NCBI GenBank assembly: GCA_964019335.1
Contig: OZ025713.1
Location: forward strand, 372,001 to 436,000
Length of the DNA stretch: 64,000 nucleotides
Source of the DNA: Diplonema japonicum
Taxonomy: Eukaryota > Protista > Euglenozoa: Diplonemea
Direction: 5' to 3'
The position numbers and the translations under genes were made by a program. Under the pieces are notes generated by a model. That model saw only the letters and a list, made by a program, of their open reading frames with translations. It had not been told where the DNA came from and ran no database searches. Positions 46,401 through 58,588 of the stretch are shown here, piece by piece (positions within the stretch are counted from its first letter, which is position 1; every line of letters begins with the position of its first letter).

Positions 46401-46704
46401 CACATCCTTGTGTGTATGTCTGGCAGTCAGATCAGTTATCAAACAAGCTCAGCAGACGACTTTTCACTACTTAAATATTAGAACTAGAAGAAACTTGGCA
46501 TGTGGTGCTACCACCCATTTTTTTACACCCGTTTTCATTCCTGCAGCTTTTGTAGCCTTTTTTACTGGTGGAAAAGGACAGCCACTCCAACGAAAAGCCC
46601 CTGCTGTCACCAATTCTGTCCAGAAATCCTCGTATCTTCCACAACACATCACCGTTTGACTCTTCTGTGTGAGTGAAGTAGAGGCTAGTACGTCTCCTGG
46701 GCAT
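43271..46704 (-). mobile_element. Highly degraded hAT-like element(s)
   Basis: 43271-43720 is homologous to 47849-48440 of the adjacent hAT. Two copies of an (C)ERASAH-like hAT C-terminal remnant (44240-44350, 45260-45400). C..C motif near 46370. Confidence 0.45.
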
Positions 46705-46708
46705 CGTC

Positions 46709-46878
46709 TAGTGTTTGTGAAGACGAAAGCAGGAGTTCACGATTTGGAGGTGGCTGGGACGGAGACAGTGGGGAACCTGTACAGGAAGGCGGGGTGTGCT
46801 GTGGTTTGCTGAATGGGATGTTCAAACTAGTTTGGGAGAAGGAGGTCCTGAGCAGGTTCAGGGATGAGGATGTTCAGG
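46709..46878 (+). pseudogene. Truncated Ubl-LRR family 5' fragment
   Basis: Nucleotide homology to 53444-53615 (gtgtt.gtgaagacg...gttcacgat.tgga...ctgtaca.gaaggcggggtgtgctg). Frameshifted and cut at a cagtgttg hAT-like end (46880). Confidence 0.75.
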
Positions 46879-48535
46879 GCAGTGTTGTTACGAGAATGGG
46901 TTGCCCCCCCGAGATTTTCGGGGGGGCAAATCCAGGGGGGTGGGGGGCAAAAAAAATTTTTTATAGTGTCCAAAAAAAATTTTTTTCCACCCAAAAAAAG
47001 TTGTCAAAGACACCCAAAAATTGATTTTTTTTTCCAAAAAAAAATTTTTTTTTCCTCAAAAGTACCTATCCTAGGCCTTAATAGAGGCTTTTAGTGAAGT
47101 GGGGTGAAAGTGAGATGTTTGGGGGTCAAAAAAAGAGGTGCCCAAAAAAAATTATTTTTCACATGAACAAGTGGTCAAAAACACCTGAAAAGTGGTTTTT
47201 TACCTGTCCTGTGCCACCATCTGGACATGTGTGCACTTCAGGGAGTGGGTAGAACAGTGTTGGTCCAGACCCTTGAGGGACTCAGGGGACTCCAAGGGAC
47301 AGGACAGGAGTCCCCTGAAATTTTCAGGGGTCTGGAGGGGACTCAGGGGACTCAGGGGACTGAAGGGACTCAAGGGACTCAGGGGACTCAGGGGACTCTT
47401 GGGACCAAAAAATTTCTTTGTGTTTTTTGTGTCACAAAGACCCAAATTTAGGCTGGGGCTTGCATTTTTTTGGTACTTTTGGTTTCAAAAGTTCAAAATA
47501 AGAGGTCCTAGGTTTGGGTGGGATGTGAGGCAAGGCTCATACTACCTTGTTGTGACTATGTAAAAAAAAGAAAAAAAAAAAAAATTAAAAAAAATGTCAG
47601 GGGGTTTGGAGACCTGCTTTGAAAAAAATATTAAAAAGAGGCCTTTGCAAGAAAAGTACAATGCAAAAAAAAAAAAAAAAAAAGTAAAAAAAGGGATGGG
47701 CAGTGTTGGCCAGACTGGGGTCTGAGGGGTCTGGCCCACAAACCACCCCAACACTGCAAATTTTCGACCACACCATGTGGTGTGTTGTGACATATTTTAC
47801 ACCATATTTCACATACCTGATGTTCCACATGATGTATGCAACACAGGGCAGTGTTGGTCAGTCCCGTCCCGTCCCCTAAAACGGAATACAGGCCTGGACG
47901 GGACTCACGGGACTCCACGGGATAGGACTCGACGGGACTCACGGGACTCCACAGGACTCTCCCCAACACTGTCATTATTTTTGATAGTTTTGCAACTTTT
48001 TTTTTTTTTTTTTTTTTCCCTTTGGAAAAAAAAAAAAAAAAATCCTTGATTTTTTTTTTTGACATACATGATGTGTTTACCCAGGGTTGGTCAGACCAGA
48101 CCAGTCTGGTAAAACCGAAAATACAGGTCTGAGGGGTCTACTGACCAGTCTGGCCCCAACTTTTTTTTTCCTTCGTCAGGTGTCTTGCCACACACCACAG
48201 GTACCCTAAATGTCTTTCTTTTTCTTTTTCTTCTTCTTCATACCACAGACATGCACAGCTCCATCAAGCCATTTGACACATTTGCACCTATCTACTCCGG
48301 TTCACTGCAGCTGCAGGTATGTACATATGTCCTGAAATGTTGAATTTGGATGTAATAGAAAAGGGTGGAAATGATAAATAATATGTACAAGAGGAGGGTG
48401 TGTGTTTACACAACCTGTGTAAACAGATTGGTTCCTTAATCGTATTTAAAAAAAGAAGGGGGGGAAGCAATATATTTTTACAGGTGGGTAATGGGTGAGT
48501 GTGTTTATGTTTTGAACAACTGTGTAAAACAGTGC

Positions 48536-51136
48536 TCAGATATCGACCTGTGTAAACAGATCAGTTCCTTCCTTTCCAAGGTGCTCAGCTCTTTTCGAGC
48601 GGCTTGCCTTTTCTTTCTTCTCGCTCACAAAAAAATTAGGTTGAACCAACTTGTAGTTGATAGCAACACGGATTGATGCATTTAGAACATCCAATGACAT
48701 TCTGCATCTGGCTTTTGACAAAGTCTTTGAAATCACTTTAAAGTGACGCTCCGTTGGTGCCTCAGAGGTTAAACTGTGCCCAAGCGTCAGCACAAAGACA
48801 GCTAGCGTGTGAAGCATGCCAAGCTTCGAGTTCCAAAAAGCAAAAAAGTTTAACGTTGGGCTGCGACCTATTGCTAGGTACTCGTCAATCTGCATCCCCA
48901 GCTGCTGCCGATCTGCCATCATTTTTCGCAATTCAGCGAACGGGACGAGGTGATCCAGCAGTGTGTTTCGCAGTGTGACCAAGTCTGAAAGTTCTCCAGT
49001 TGATACTTTGGGATTCAGAAAAGTATACAACCTGATACCAAGAAACGACATGTTTCGTTCGGCCCTTGCTTCATAAACCTTGATGACTTCAGAGACTGTG
49101 GTAGCATTGAGTTACCCCTCCACCTGGGATTCAAGGAATTTCTTCAAGCTCTTTCCAACAACGAAAATTTCATATGCCACCATAGCCATGCCAGATGTGT
49201 CCCCTTGCACACGATCTGTCGCAACTGCGAAGGGCGTGGAAATCTGTATCGCGAATTCCAGCTCTGCCCCAAACCCTGCCTCTATGCCTGGAAAGAATTC
49301 TAGGAGATCAAGGATGGACTTCATCGTTTCGAAAAACGAATTCCATCTGGTCTTTGTGTACCTCTTGATCTGTCTCGTCTTTTCACGGCATACTCCATGT
49401 GAGACCTGTACGGTGTGGAGTGCCAACTGCCCAGCTTTCGAGGTCCATCTCTTGATCAGCGTTTTCACTTTGGCTCTAATGTTAGCCAGTCGCTCAATCT
49501 TGAAGATGTCACCAAGGGCAAGTTGCATGGAATGTGCAACACAACGATATGCTAGGACACCTTCACAACTCAGCATTGTAGTTGTATCGTTCAAAAGCTG
49601 GTCCATTCTGGCAGAGAGCTCAGTGTTGTCGGAGTTGGTGTCGGTTTCAGAGTTGGAGTCAAGGTCAGTGACACCTGAAGCATCACTACTGCTAATGTTG
49701 CTGCTAACATCCTCAGTGTCGTCGAGTGAGAGGTCGAGTTCCACTTCGAAGTCTCGATGTATCTTTGCAAGCGCTGCTTGCATCGCACTAGCATTATCAG
49801 CACATACTGAAAATACATGTACAACATGGCTCCGAAGTTCCAGTATCATTTCACGGATGTGGGACGAAATGACAGCAGCAGTGGCACTCACTTTTGTAAG
49901 GTCTATCATCTTGCAAAAGTAGCTGTTCTTCCCATCTGACATACTAATGCCAAGGATGCTTCAACGGTTTATTGTGGCCCCATCAACAAGGAGGTACACA
50001 TTCTGCCCTTGGAGCCTGTTTAGGACAGCAGCGTATGTCTCCTGTCCAAGTTCAACAACACAGCTTTGCACGTGTTTCCTGTTGATTCCTTTCAATTTGC
50101 CTGCATCGAAAAAGCTGTGAAAGAACTTTCGATCACACAAAACAAACGGCAGGCAATACAGGCAAAGGAAAATGGACACACGATCCACCATACTCAGGGC
50201 TCGCATCTCTTGGACAACACATCTCTTTGCTGCGAGATTTGAGCCTTGAGAATGAGGCGAACCCTGTGACAGCGACAACCCTGGCATTGGCTCAGAGATC
50301 AGACGGCACTTTTCTTTCACTGGACTGCACTTTTCTTTTGCCAGCTTGGGGATCTTTGCAGCTGTCTTCTTCTTCAGCTTTTCTGCCAATTTCGCTTTCG
50401 CACCAGGGCTGTGTCTGCACTCCCAGTGCTCCTTCAGCTTCCCCGATCTTGACCAGATAGTCACCGCACGTTCAACACACTCAGGGGCAAGACACAGCCG
50501 CTTCTCCATGACCGTGCCATCCTTTTCCTTTGTCACTATCTTGCCAAAGTAGTACTCCTTAGAAGGGTCGATACCATGTGCATCACCAACAGACCATGTC
50601 TTGTTGTCCCAGATGGATGTCTTGGGTGTTGTAGAACATTCCTTGGCAGGTGCTTCCAACATGACTAGTGCGTTTCCGGACGAGGTGTGTGTTGCCTTAG
50701 GTTGTAAGGCTTCAGCCTTCAGAACTTTGATGGTGTCTTGTAGCTCTGTGATTCGTGCTTTTGCAAGACCAAGTTTTGCCATGGTATCACGAAGCTGGTA
50801 TGGGTTGTGGTTTATCGTCTTTATAGCCTCAAGACGATAAACCCGTTCATCTTCCACATTTGGGGGGAAGTGGTGCAGGTACCCAGGATCCTGTGCATAC
50901 TCACACGAAACAGCAACACCTGGCAAGATGCCAACAATCTTCCCATCCCAGACAGAAACCATGTCGTCCTGTGTTGGTTTCTTGTGTCGCTCCCCTCCAG
51001 TGCCCCAGAAGTGGGCTCTGAAGGTTGTGCCTTCTCCTTTCCCCTTCATGAAATGCAACATTTCATCATGGCTGAGGCCATTCTTGTTGCCAGTCTGGGT
51101 AAGGTCTTGTGTTTTCACATATTTCTGTGAGAACAC
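48536..51136 (-). pseudogene. hAT transposase, split into three ORFs
   Basis: BED-like C..PEC..H...H; LLVDGAT; CADNASAM; RCVAHSMQL; TRWNS; FW..SEAPTERHF dimerisation motif. Confidence 0.9.
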
Positions 51137-51894
51137 AGTTGATGCCTTTTGTGTTGAGATGTGTCCATCAATGCTGCCACTGCTGCTGCTTGTACTTGAA
51201 CTTTCTCTTTTGCGCTTCTTTATTTTATTTTATTTTTTTTTTTTTTTTTTTTTTTTCAAATGTTTAAACCTTTCTCTTCATTTTTGTATTGATTTCCTCC
51301 TCTTCTTCCTCCTCCTCTAGTTCAGATTTACCTGAACATAGCCCATACCATGCCATATTGAGTTGGCAGTCATGTTTCTGGTGCTTATCCTCTGCACCCC
51401 TTTCACCTTCTTTGCTATTTGGCACAGCTTCGGTGTCGGGAATGAAGAACAGAAGCAGAACAAGTACCACAATCATTTTATCTGTTAATTGTAAAAAATA
51501 ATACAAAGAAAATGATAAACAAAGGCTAAATACTGTATAAATACACATCGACTCTGACAGCAATGCAACACAATGTGAAGCAACATGATGTGTTTTCTGT
51601 TCACATTTCATTCACTTGACACAAAAAATGTGAAGTAACACAACACAACACACCAAAGTGTCGTTTTATATTGTACCATACAGTGTATAAAATATTTTCT
51701 GTGTCGAAATTTCTAAAAAAAACTCCCAGAAGGGCTGCCCTTTCATAACTGAAAGTTAGATTTTTTCTTCTTCTTTTTTTTTTTTTTTTACATAATTTGT
51801 GTTGTACTTTTGTCATGATAAGGAATACATGCCAGGTCTTTTTTTTTTTTTTTTTTTGCATTGTACTTTTCTTGCAAGCCTCTTTTTAATATTT

Positions 51895-52462
51895 TTATTT
51901 CACTCTTCGTCATTTTCTTCACTCACTAGGGGCCTCATTATTTAACGCGAAATGGCCATTATTTAACGCGAAACGGCCATTATTTAACGCGAAATCGCCA
52001 TTATTTAACTAGTTAAATAATGAGATTTTGCAGTTAAATAATGGCCCTTCAGAGTGAAAAAATGGGTCTTGTCGTGGAAAAAAATGCACCCAACCCCTTG
52101 AAAAATTTTTTTGGGGTGGGGGTATTTTGACTATTTTTGGCCATCTGAGGCCATTCCAGCCCTTAAAAGTGGGAATAAGTGCCTTACTTCCCCTTTAAAT
52201 GCCACGGCAAAATAGCTACCCTGTATTACCTTAGGAAAATCCCCAAAAAGCTGACCTGCGTGAAAAAAAACAGCAGTGAAAGCAGTGAAGAGTGAGTGAC
52301 TCAAATGACGAAGAGTGAAATAAAACGACTTACTTGCCACCAAATGAGCCATTATTTAACACTTGTTACCTGTTTTTTTGCACTCGGGCCCTGCGGGCCC
52401 TCGTGCAAAAAATTCGGGAACTCGAGTTAAATAATGACTCATTATTTGTTGGCAATAAATAG
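51895..52462. mobile_element. Palindrome-rich non-autonomous element nested in the right hAT TIR
   Basis: IR tttatttcactcttcgtcattt / aaatgacgaagagtgaaataaa; 7 copies of CATTATTTAAC in both orientations; hairpin ttgcactcgggccctgcgggccctcgtgcaa. Confidence 0.6.
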
Positions 52463-52873
52463 TTTTTTTTTTTTTTTTTTTTTTTTTTTACATAGTCACA
52501 ACAAGGTAGTATGAGCCTTGCATAAGATCCCACCCAAACCTAGGACCTCTTTTTTTGAACTTTTGAAACCAAAAGTACCAAAAAAATGCAAGCCCCAGCC
52601 TAAATTTGGGTCTTTGTGACACAAAAAACACAAAGAAATTTTTTGGTCCCCTGAGTCCCCTGAGTCCCCTCCAGACCCCTGAGTCCCTTGAGTCCCCTGA
52701 GTCCCCTGAGTCCCCTCCAGACCCCTGAAAATTTCAGGGGACTCCTGTCCTGTCCCTTGGAGTCCCCTGAGTCCCTCAAGGGTCTGGACAAGTTAAATAT
52801 GGCGTCCGGGAGTTTTTCCGTCCGGGAATTTTTTTTTTAGGTAAGGCCGTCAGGGGGCCTGGTCCACTACCAC

Positions 52874-53258
52874 CTAACTACTGGCCTGGGCTGCAAACGG
52901 CAACCGCGCGAAGAAACCCCCCAGGGTTCCCTTTCTGCATCTTTGTCCTCCCTTGCTGCCCCTGAGGCAATCAGCTTGTCGAGCCTTCGTGTGGCCTACT
53001 ACCTTTCTTAATAGATGCTTTACAGCTGCGTTCAACCCAATATCCATCGGTTGAACCATGTAGGTGAACCGCTGCGCGACAGGATGGGATGGCCCCCCTG
53101 TGTCTTGAGCTACACGCAATATTGCCGAGAGGACATGCCTTTGCATACCTGGAAAAACTGCAACGATACTCGGCTGTGGTGGTTGCTACCCAGTCCACGC
53201 ACAACCAAGCTGATGGATTTGAAGGCCGCCTACACTTTCTTGAAGATGTTCGTTTCAC
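52874..53258 (-). mobile_element. pogo/Tigger (Tc1-mariner superfamily) transposase C-terminal fragment
   Basis: WLCVDW (second Asp region) and FTYMVQPMDIGLNAAVK (QPLD motif); frameshifted. Confidence 0.7.
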
Positions 53259-53259
53259 A

Positions 53260-55070
53260 GTAGGTTTTTTTATTTTCTAGAGGTTCTTCTTCTTCATTTG
53301 ACTCCTGCAGCCTTCGAGACAAAGCACACAGGGAAAATACATTAGAAAAAAAGAAAAAGAAAGAAAAAAAAAAAAAAAAAAACAATATTAAAAGAACATG
53401 AATGGAAAGAGAGAGGGATTAGGTGAAGAGGTGAACGATATGACAGTGTTCGTGAAGACGGGAGGCGGGGTTCACGATGTGGAAGTGTCGGGGAAGGAGA
53501 CGGTGGGGATCCTGTACAAGAAGGCGGGGTGTGCTGCTGGTTTACTCGAAGGCAAGTTCGAACTGGTTTGGGAGGGAGAGGTCCTGGACAGGAACGGGGG
53601 TGAAGATATCCAGGAACTCGGGCTCGTGGAGGGCAGCATGGTCCATGTGGAGGCGAAGGTGAGAACCGTTCAGTTGGAGGAGCTTGAGAGCTCAGAAGTG
53701 GTTTCAGAGCTTGAGGAGCTTGTGACAGCTGACCCTGAGCTGGTTCTGGTGGTGGAGGTGGGGAACTTGCCAGCTGTCGAAGTCTTGTCCATGAAGACGA
53801 CGGTCCTTCCTTCCGGACTTCGGTTCCTCGTTGTCACCGACTCCACAGGCTGTGTTACAAGGATAGGCTCTGGGTTTCTTCAAGAGTGCGACCACCTGAT
53901 GTCTGTTGATCTCATCCTCCCCAATGTTTCCACCATTGATGAAAATCTTTTATATGGGTGCAAAAATCTAGAAACCATCAACTTGAATGCGATGACCAAT
54001 CTTTCTTCTATTGGTGATCGCTTCTTGTTTGGGTGCAGAAAACTAGAAACCATCGACTTGAATGCGATGACCAATCTTTCTTCCATTGGTAATCGCTTCT
54101 TGTCTGGGTGCGTAAAACTAGAAACCATCAACTTGAATGCGATGACCAATCTTTCCTCTATTGGTGATTACTTCTTGTCTGAGTGCATAAAACTAGAAAC
54201 CATCAACTTGAATGCGATGACCAATCTTTCTTCCATTGGTGATCGCTTCTTATTTGGGTGCATAAAACTAGAAACCATCGACTTGAATGCGATGACCAAT
54301 CTTTCTTCTATTGGTCATTACTTCTTGTATGGGTGCGTAAAACTAGAAACCATCAACTTGAATGCGATGACCAATCTTTCTTCCATTGGTGATAGCTTCT
54401 TGTTTGGGTGCGAAAAACTAGAAACCATCGACTTGAATGCGACCAATCTTTCTTCCATTGGTGATAGCTTCTTGCTTGGGTGCAAAAAACTAGAAACCAT
54501 CAACTTGAATGCGATGACCAATCTTTCTTCCATTGGTGATCGCTTCTTGTCTGGGTGCGTAAAACTAGAAACCATCGACTTGAATTTAAAAAGAAAAGTC
54601 GGTGTTTAGAAGAAGAAGAAAAAAAGAGGGGAAAGAAAGAAGAAAAAAGAACACCCTGGCACTGAGAAACATCTTTGTGGAAAAACCAACGGAAAGCAAT
54701 CCAATACCTCGAAGACACTGGGGACCTACTCCCCTCTGCAACAACTCCACAACAACCATCTAACCTGCTGAAGTAGCATGCCGATCAGAAGGCGGCTGAG
54801 GCACTTGTCATTTAATCAGAATCCCGAGATCCCATCCCTGATCCCCAAATAGAGAGTGTACCATCCTGTTTCTCGAGGAAACAGAGAACCTACCCCCTCC
54901 CCACCACAGCACCCGACCAATCAGATGCAGCAGTGTGAAAAAAAAAAAAGCCCCCCTCTCCCCAAACAAAACAAACAAACAAACAAACAAACATTTCCCC
55001 ACCCCCGATAACGTATAATTAAAAAAAAATATGGGGGGGGCAGGATACTGAGGTCCGGCACCCTTAGTAA

Positions 55071-55121
<51 letters not shown>

Positions 55122-55476
55122 GTAAAGTGTTAAACAGCCAGCAAAGCTTGTGGAAAGAGAACACCAAGAAAAAAAAAGAGAGAGAAAAAAAGACCAGGAC
55201 ACCCCCTCCCCGGTCGTGAGAGGCCTATGGGTGTGGCACGCCATGTCTGAAACGTTTAGCTCCCTTGAAGCTCACACCAGTGTGCGAGTTTGGCCCATTT
55301 TATTTTGGCACGTTGGCGATGGCTGTGGTGGTCGTCGCAAGAGCGCCTGCAGGAAGTATTGGACGATAACAGTTAATGGGTTTCGTTTTTCTTCTTTTTT
55401 TCTTCTTTTTCTTCTTAGTTTATCACCGTTCTTACTGAGCGCCATTTGACTTGTCACCTTGATGTTAAAAGATCGA

Positions 55477-55513
<37 letters not shown>

Positions 55514-55950
55514 TGCAGGCCGTTGCTAACCACTTCGTTCTGTTATTTTCATTATTCTTTCCGGCGATAGACTGATACGGGCCATGGAAGCAACCTCTGC
55601 TTAATTCCTGGTACGTGGGAGGCTCCTCTGAGGATGTCAGTCACCTTTTTCCCTTTTTTATTCGACTCTCTGTTTTCGTATGCAGTATTTATTCTTTTCC
55701 ACCCCTTTTTATCTATTTTTTCGCTTCTCTATTCTAACTTAACCATCTATCAACGAGCGTCTATATATAGACGATTTGAAAAAAAATCTTTTACGCAAAG
55801 GGCTTTCAATGCAATACGGCCCGGCTCTTTCTTGCCGGCGGGGTCCTGGAAAATATGAAAAATATAAACTAAATGCTGCCCTAACTTAACAAGAAAATGA
55901 AAAAATAAAAAAAACGCCAGCCCAAATTTACCCTTAAAAATCACTTCAAA
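53260..55950 (+). repeat. Segmental/tandem duplication unit, copy A (copy B = 61076-64000+)
   Basis: Near-identical non-coding flanks upstream and downstream of both Ubl-LRR genes. Confidence 0.95.
53398..54609 (+). CDS. Ubiquitin-like domain + 8 near-perfect 25-aa BspA/TpLRR-type repeats
   Basis: MTVFVKTGGG..ETVGILY..LVWEGEVL..LGLVEGSMVHV (Ubl); LETINLNAMTNLSSIGxxFLxxCxK x8. Confidence 0.9.
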   Translation: MNGKREGLGEEVNDMTVFVKTGGGVHDVEVSGKETVGILYKKAGCAAGLLEGKFELVWEGEVLDRNGGEDIQELGLVEGSMVHVEAKVRTVQLEELESSEVVSELEELVTADPELVLVVEVGNLPAVEVLSMKTTVLPSGLRFLVVTDSTGCVTRIGSGFLQECDHLMSVDLILPNVSTIDENLLYGCKNLETINLNAMTNLSSIGDRFLFGCRKLETIDLNAMTNLSSIGNRFLSGCVKLETINLNAMTNLSSIGDYFLSECIKLETINLNAMTNLSSIGDRFLFGCIKLETIDLNAMTNLSSIGHYFLYGCVKLETINLNAMTNLSSIGDSFLFGCEKLETIDLNATNLSSIGDSFLLGCKKLETINLNAMTNLSSIGDRFLSGCVKLETIDLNLKRKVGV

Positions 55951-57200
55951 AAAAGGCGCCCGGAAAGAGGCCGGAAGAGGACGTCATGAGTGATGGCAGC
56001 ACTGATGGCTCATCCCTATTATGCAATTTTGATACAAACAGTGATTCTGACACGAATTCGACCGATTCCGAGTCACAGCAGGGTGATTGGACGGCAAAGC
56101 CGGAGCAGTTGGAAGGCATCCGGTTTCGTGAAGATCGGAATCCTTGTGGACCCTGTTTTGACATCAAAGGCTCAACGCCATACCATATATTCTCCCAAAT
56201 GCTCGTCCCAAACTTTATTCGGGTCATAACTTCGAACAATGTGGCAAATGCGGCTAAAAAAGGTGTCTCCCTGGATCTTGGATATCAAGTCAGATTATTC
56301 TGATTACTGGTGCACTGGCTCCACGTTTCTCAACTACACCCCTGGGTACGCCACCGTCATGTCAAGAGACCGCTTTTTGACTATTCTGGGAAATCTGTGT
56401 TTCCACAGCGAAACAAACAAGCGTGCTGACTTCTACCTATCGCCAAGGCCTCCTGGAGATCATGGATGCCCCAAAGAAGCGAGGCCGCAAGCCCAAGGAC
56501 GCGCATCCCGTGGGGACACAGTTCCACCAGCACGCGAGCATCCTTTGCACCACAACGTGGCATGACATCAAGCCTGTGTGCTTTCTATCGACGTTGGATG
56601 TTCCAGTGAAGTCAAATTTGACCGTCCGCCAAAAGAGAATGAAAGCCGGAAAGGACATCTTGTTCCCACCAAGTGCATATTTACAACACCGCAATGGGCG
56701 GAACCGACGCTGGGTGATGCTGTGACAAAATGCCATAAACGCACCCTTATGACTTAAAAGTGGCCCCTAAAAGTATTTTCGTACTTGTTAGGTAAATCTC
56801 TGGCGAATGCTTGGCTTGTTTGGAAAGAAGCCTTGCCCCCCAACACCCTGAGTACGAACGACAGTGTATTGACGCCTTTCAGAGAGGCAGTCATCGAAGG
56901 GCTACTAGGGGAGGCAGTCTAAACAACAGATAAAGTCAACTACAGAGCAGGCTGCCCCAATACCATGCCCCGAAACACAGAACGAGTGCTCTGAGACCCC
57001 AATGCGCCGTGACAGTACCTTCTGGGGCCATTTCCCCGAAAAAGTAGTGCAACGTGCGGTGCAAGCATTTCAAGTCGAAAAGACCCCTATTTCAGTGTTC
57101 AGCCTGCTTGGTACAACTTTGCGTGACTCCGTGCTTCAAAGACTGCCACCTTGCCGGGGATACCCCCAGAAACCCCTCCCGGGGTCAAAAAAGAAGTCCC
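55940..57200 (+). mobile_element. piggyBac transposase remnant (internally deleted)
   Basis: PYHIFSQM, YSDYW..MSRDRFLTILGNLCF, WHDIKPVCFLST, KWPLKVF..LANAW, C..CSACLVQLCVTPCFKDCH. Confidence 0.8.
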
Positions 57201-58329
57201 CCAGCCCTGGGGCACGTACGAACCGCGTCAAGAAGGCCTTAAATAGCTTTTTATAGAATTTTACAGTCGATTCTTTTTGACTTGTTTTTTGTACCCCCTC
57301 TCGGGCACTTCAGGAACGATATTTTTGACAATGTTGTGGGGGTGGGCCCTGCTGTGGGCACCCTCTCTCTAGAATTGGGACATCCCTTAGTAGCCAAAAA
57401 AAAAAAAAGTGTAAAGTGTTAAACAGCCAGCAAAGCTTGTGGAAAGAGAACACCAAGAAAAAAAAAGAGAGAGAAAAAAAGACCAGGACCACCCCCGATA
57501 ACGTATAATTAAGAATAAAAATTGTGGGGGGGGAAGGATACTGAGGTCTGGCACCAGCGGATGAGGATGCGGGAAAGGGGGTTGCACTGCTTTCCCTGCC
57601 AAAGCTAGTCGAGGGTGCACACCTTGCAACATATGGGGCCCGACGGCACATGGTGACGACAGGAGACCACTTTTCTCCTCGAGCCAAACAGCCCCTTACC
57701 TTGCATGACTCCATGTAATGTTCCTCGCCCAGATGCCGTCCATCTCATCACGACAAACAGCCACCGCAGGCACCAGACAGCAACCGCAGTACGGTGACCG
57801 ATTAGTGTGGATTTCTACTTGAACAGTGAACACTCCCCTATGTGCACTGAAGCTTTATCGATTTTTTTAATTTTTTTTATTTGCTTCCAAGCTTTCTCTT
57901 GAAACTTTTGATTGTTACCTCAAGTTAGTTACCGTTCTTACTGAGTGCCGTTTGACTTTGTCACCTTGATGTTAAAAGATCGACTTTTTTTTTCTTCTTC
58001 TTTTTTTTATTTTTTATTTTCTTCTGATGACCGTGGTGGTCGAGCTTTCTTTACCTCTCCACTTTCGGGGCGAAGTTTAACAAGGGTGACCGCTGTGTCA
58101 CATTCCGCATGGCACCACTAAAATCGAGTCCCCCCTCCCCCTTCTTCTTCTTTTTTTTTCTTTTTTTTTTTTTTCCAGTGTGTCTTCTCTTTTTGTTGTT
58201 CTTCTTTCACAAGCATTATTATTGTGCGCCTGTGGTGTGGGTTTACCTTCAACATGAATACAAGGGGGGGGGGGGGGGGGGGGAAGAAGAAGAAAAAAAA
58301 TGGCGCCGGTGGGAGCATCAACGCCAACA

Positions 58330-58588
58330 CAGTGCAAGTACCTGCCGATTTGGCAGGTTCGAAGCTCTGTGCCGGAGGTACCGCATCGTGATCGGCGAGA
58401 CGTCGGCTCCGTCACAGGTGGGTAGAGTCTTGGGTCTGGAGTTCGACCTCCAATGCAAGAGATGGAGGATGTGCAGCAAGTGGATCGAAGCCCTGAAACC
58501 GGTACTGGAGGACTTCGTGTTTGACAGACCCCTACAGCTTCGGAGGTGGTGGAGGCTCTGCGGTCTTGTACTTTGGCATCAGAGGATA
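58330..58588 (+). mobile_element. DIRS/YR-like reverse transcriptase C-terminal fragment
   Basis: YRIVIGETSAPSQVGRVLGLEFDL..W and LRRWWRLCGLVLW resemble the post-YxDD segment (K/S..PSQ...LG..FD; R....L.G.L.W) of DIRS-group RTs. Confidence 0.5.

Larger units (their letters stand above)
47255..52790 (-). mobile_element. hAT DNA transposon with long (~300 bp+) terminal inverted repeats
   Basis: 47262-47566 is the reverse complement of ~52484-52790, with 9-bp gggactcag subterminal repeats. Left end is CAGTGTTGG; the right end lacks the last ~8 nt. Further IR arm at 47620-47680 vs 51850-51900. Confidence 0.85.

Noticed and set aside
47262-47400. Collagen-like GLR/GTQ ORFs
   Set aside because: Translation of the 9-bp hAT subterminal repeat.
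53960-54590. 75-bp repeats with variable internal positions as a CRISPR-like array or DGR target
   Set aside because: They are in-frame LRR coding units with no unique spacers. Variation is not adenine-specific, and no template repeat or cognate RT is visible.
55736-57243. TIRs for the 56-57 kb piggyBac remnant
   Set aside because: Candidate TTAA-flanked ends do not form a convincing inverted pair.
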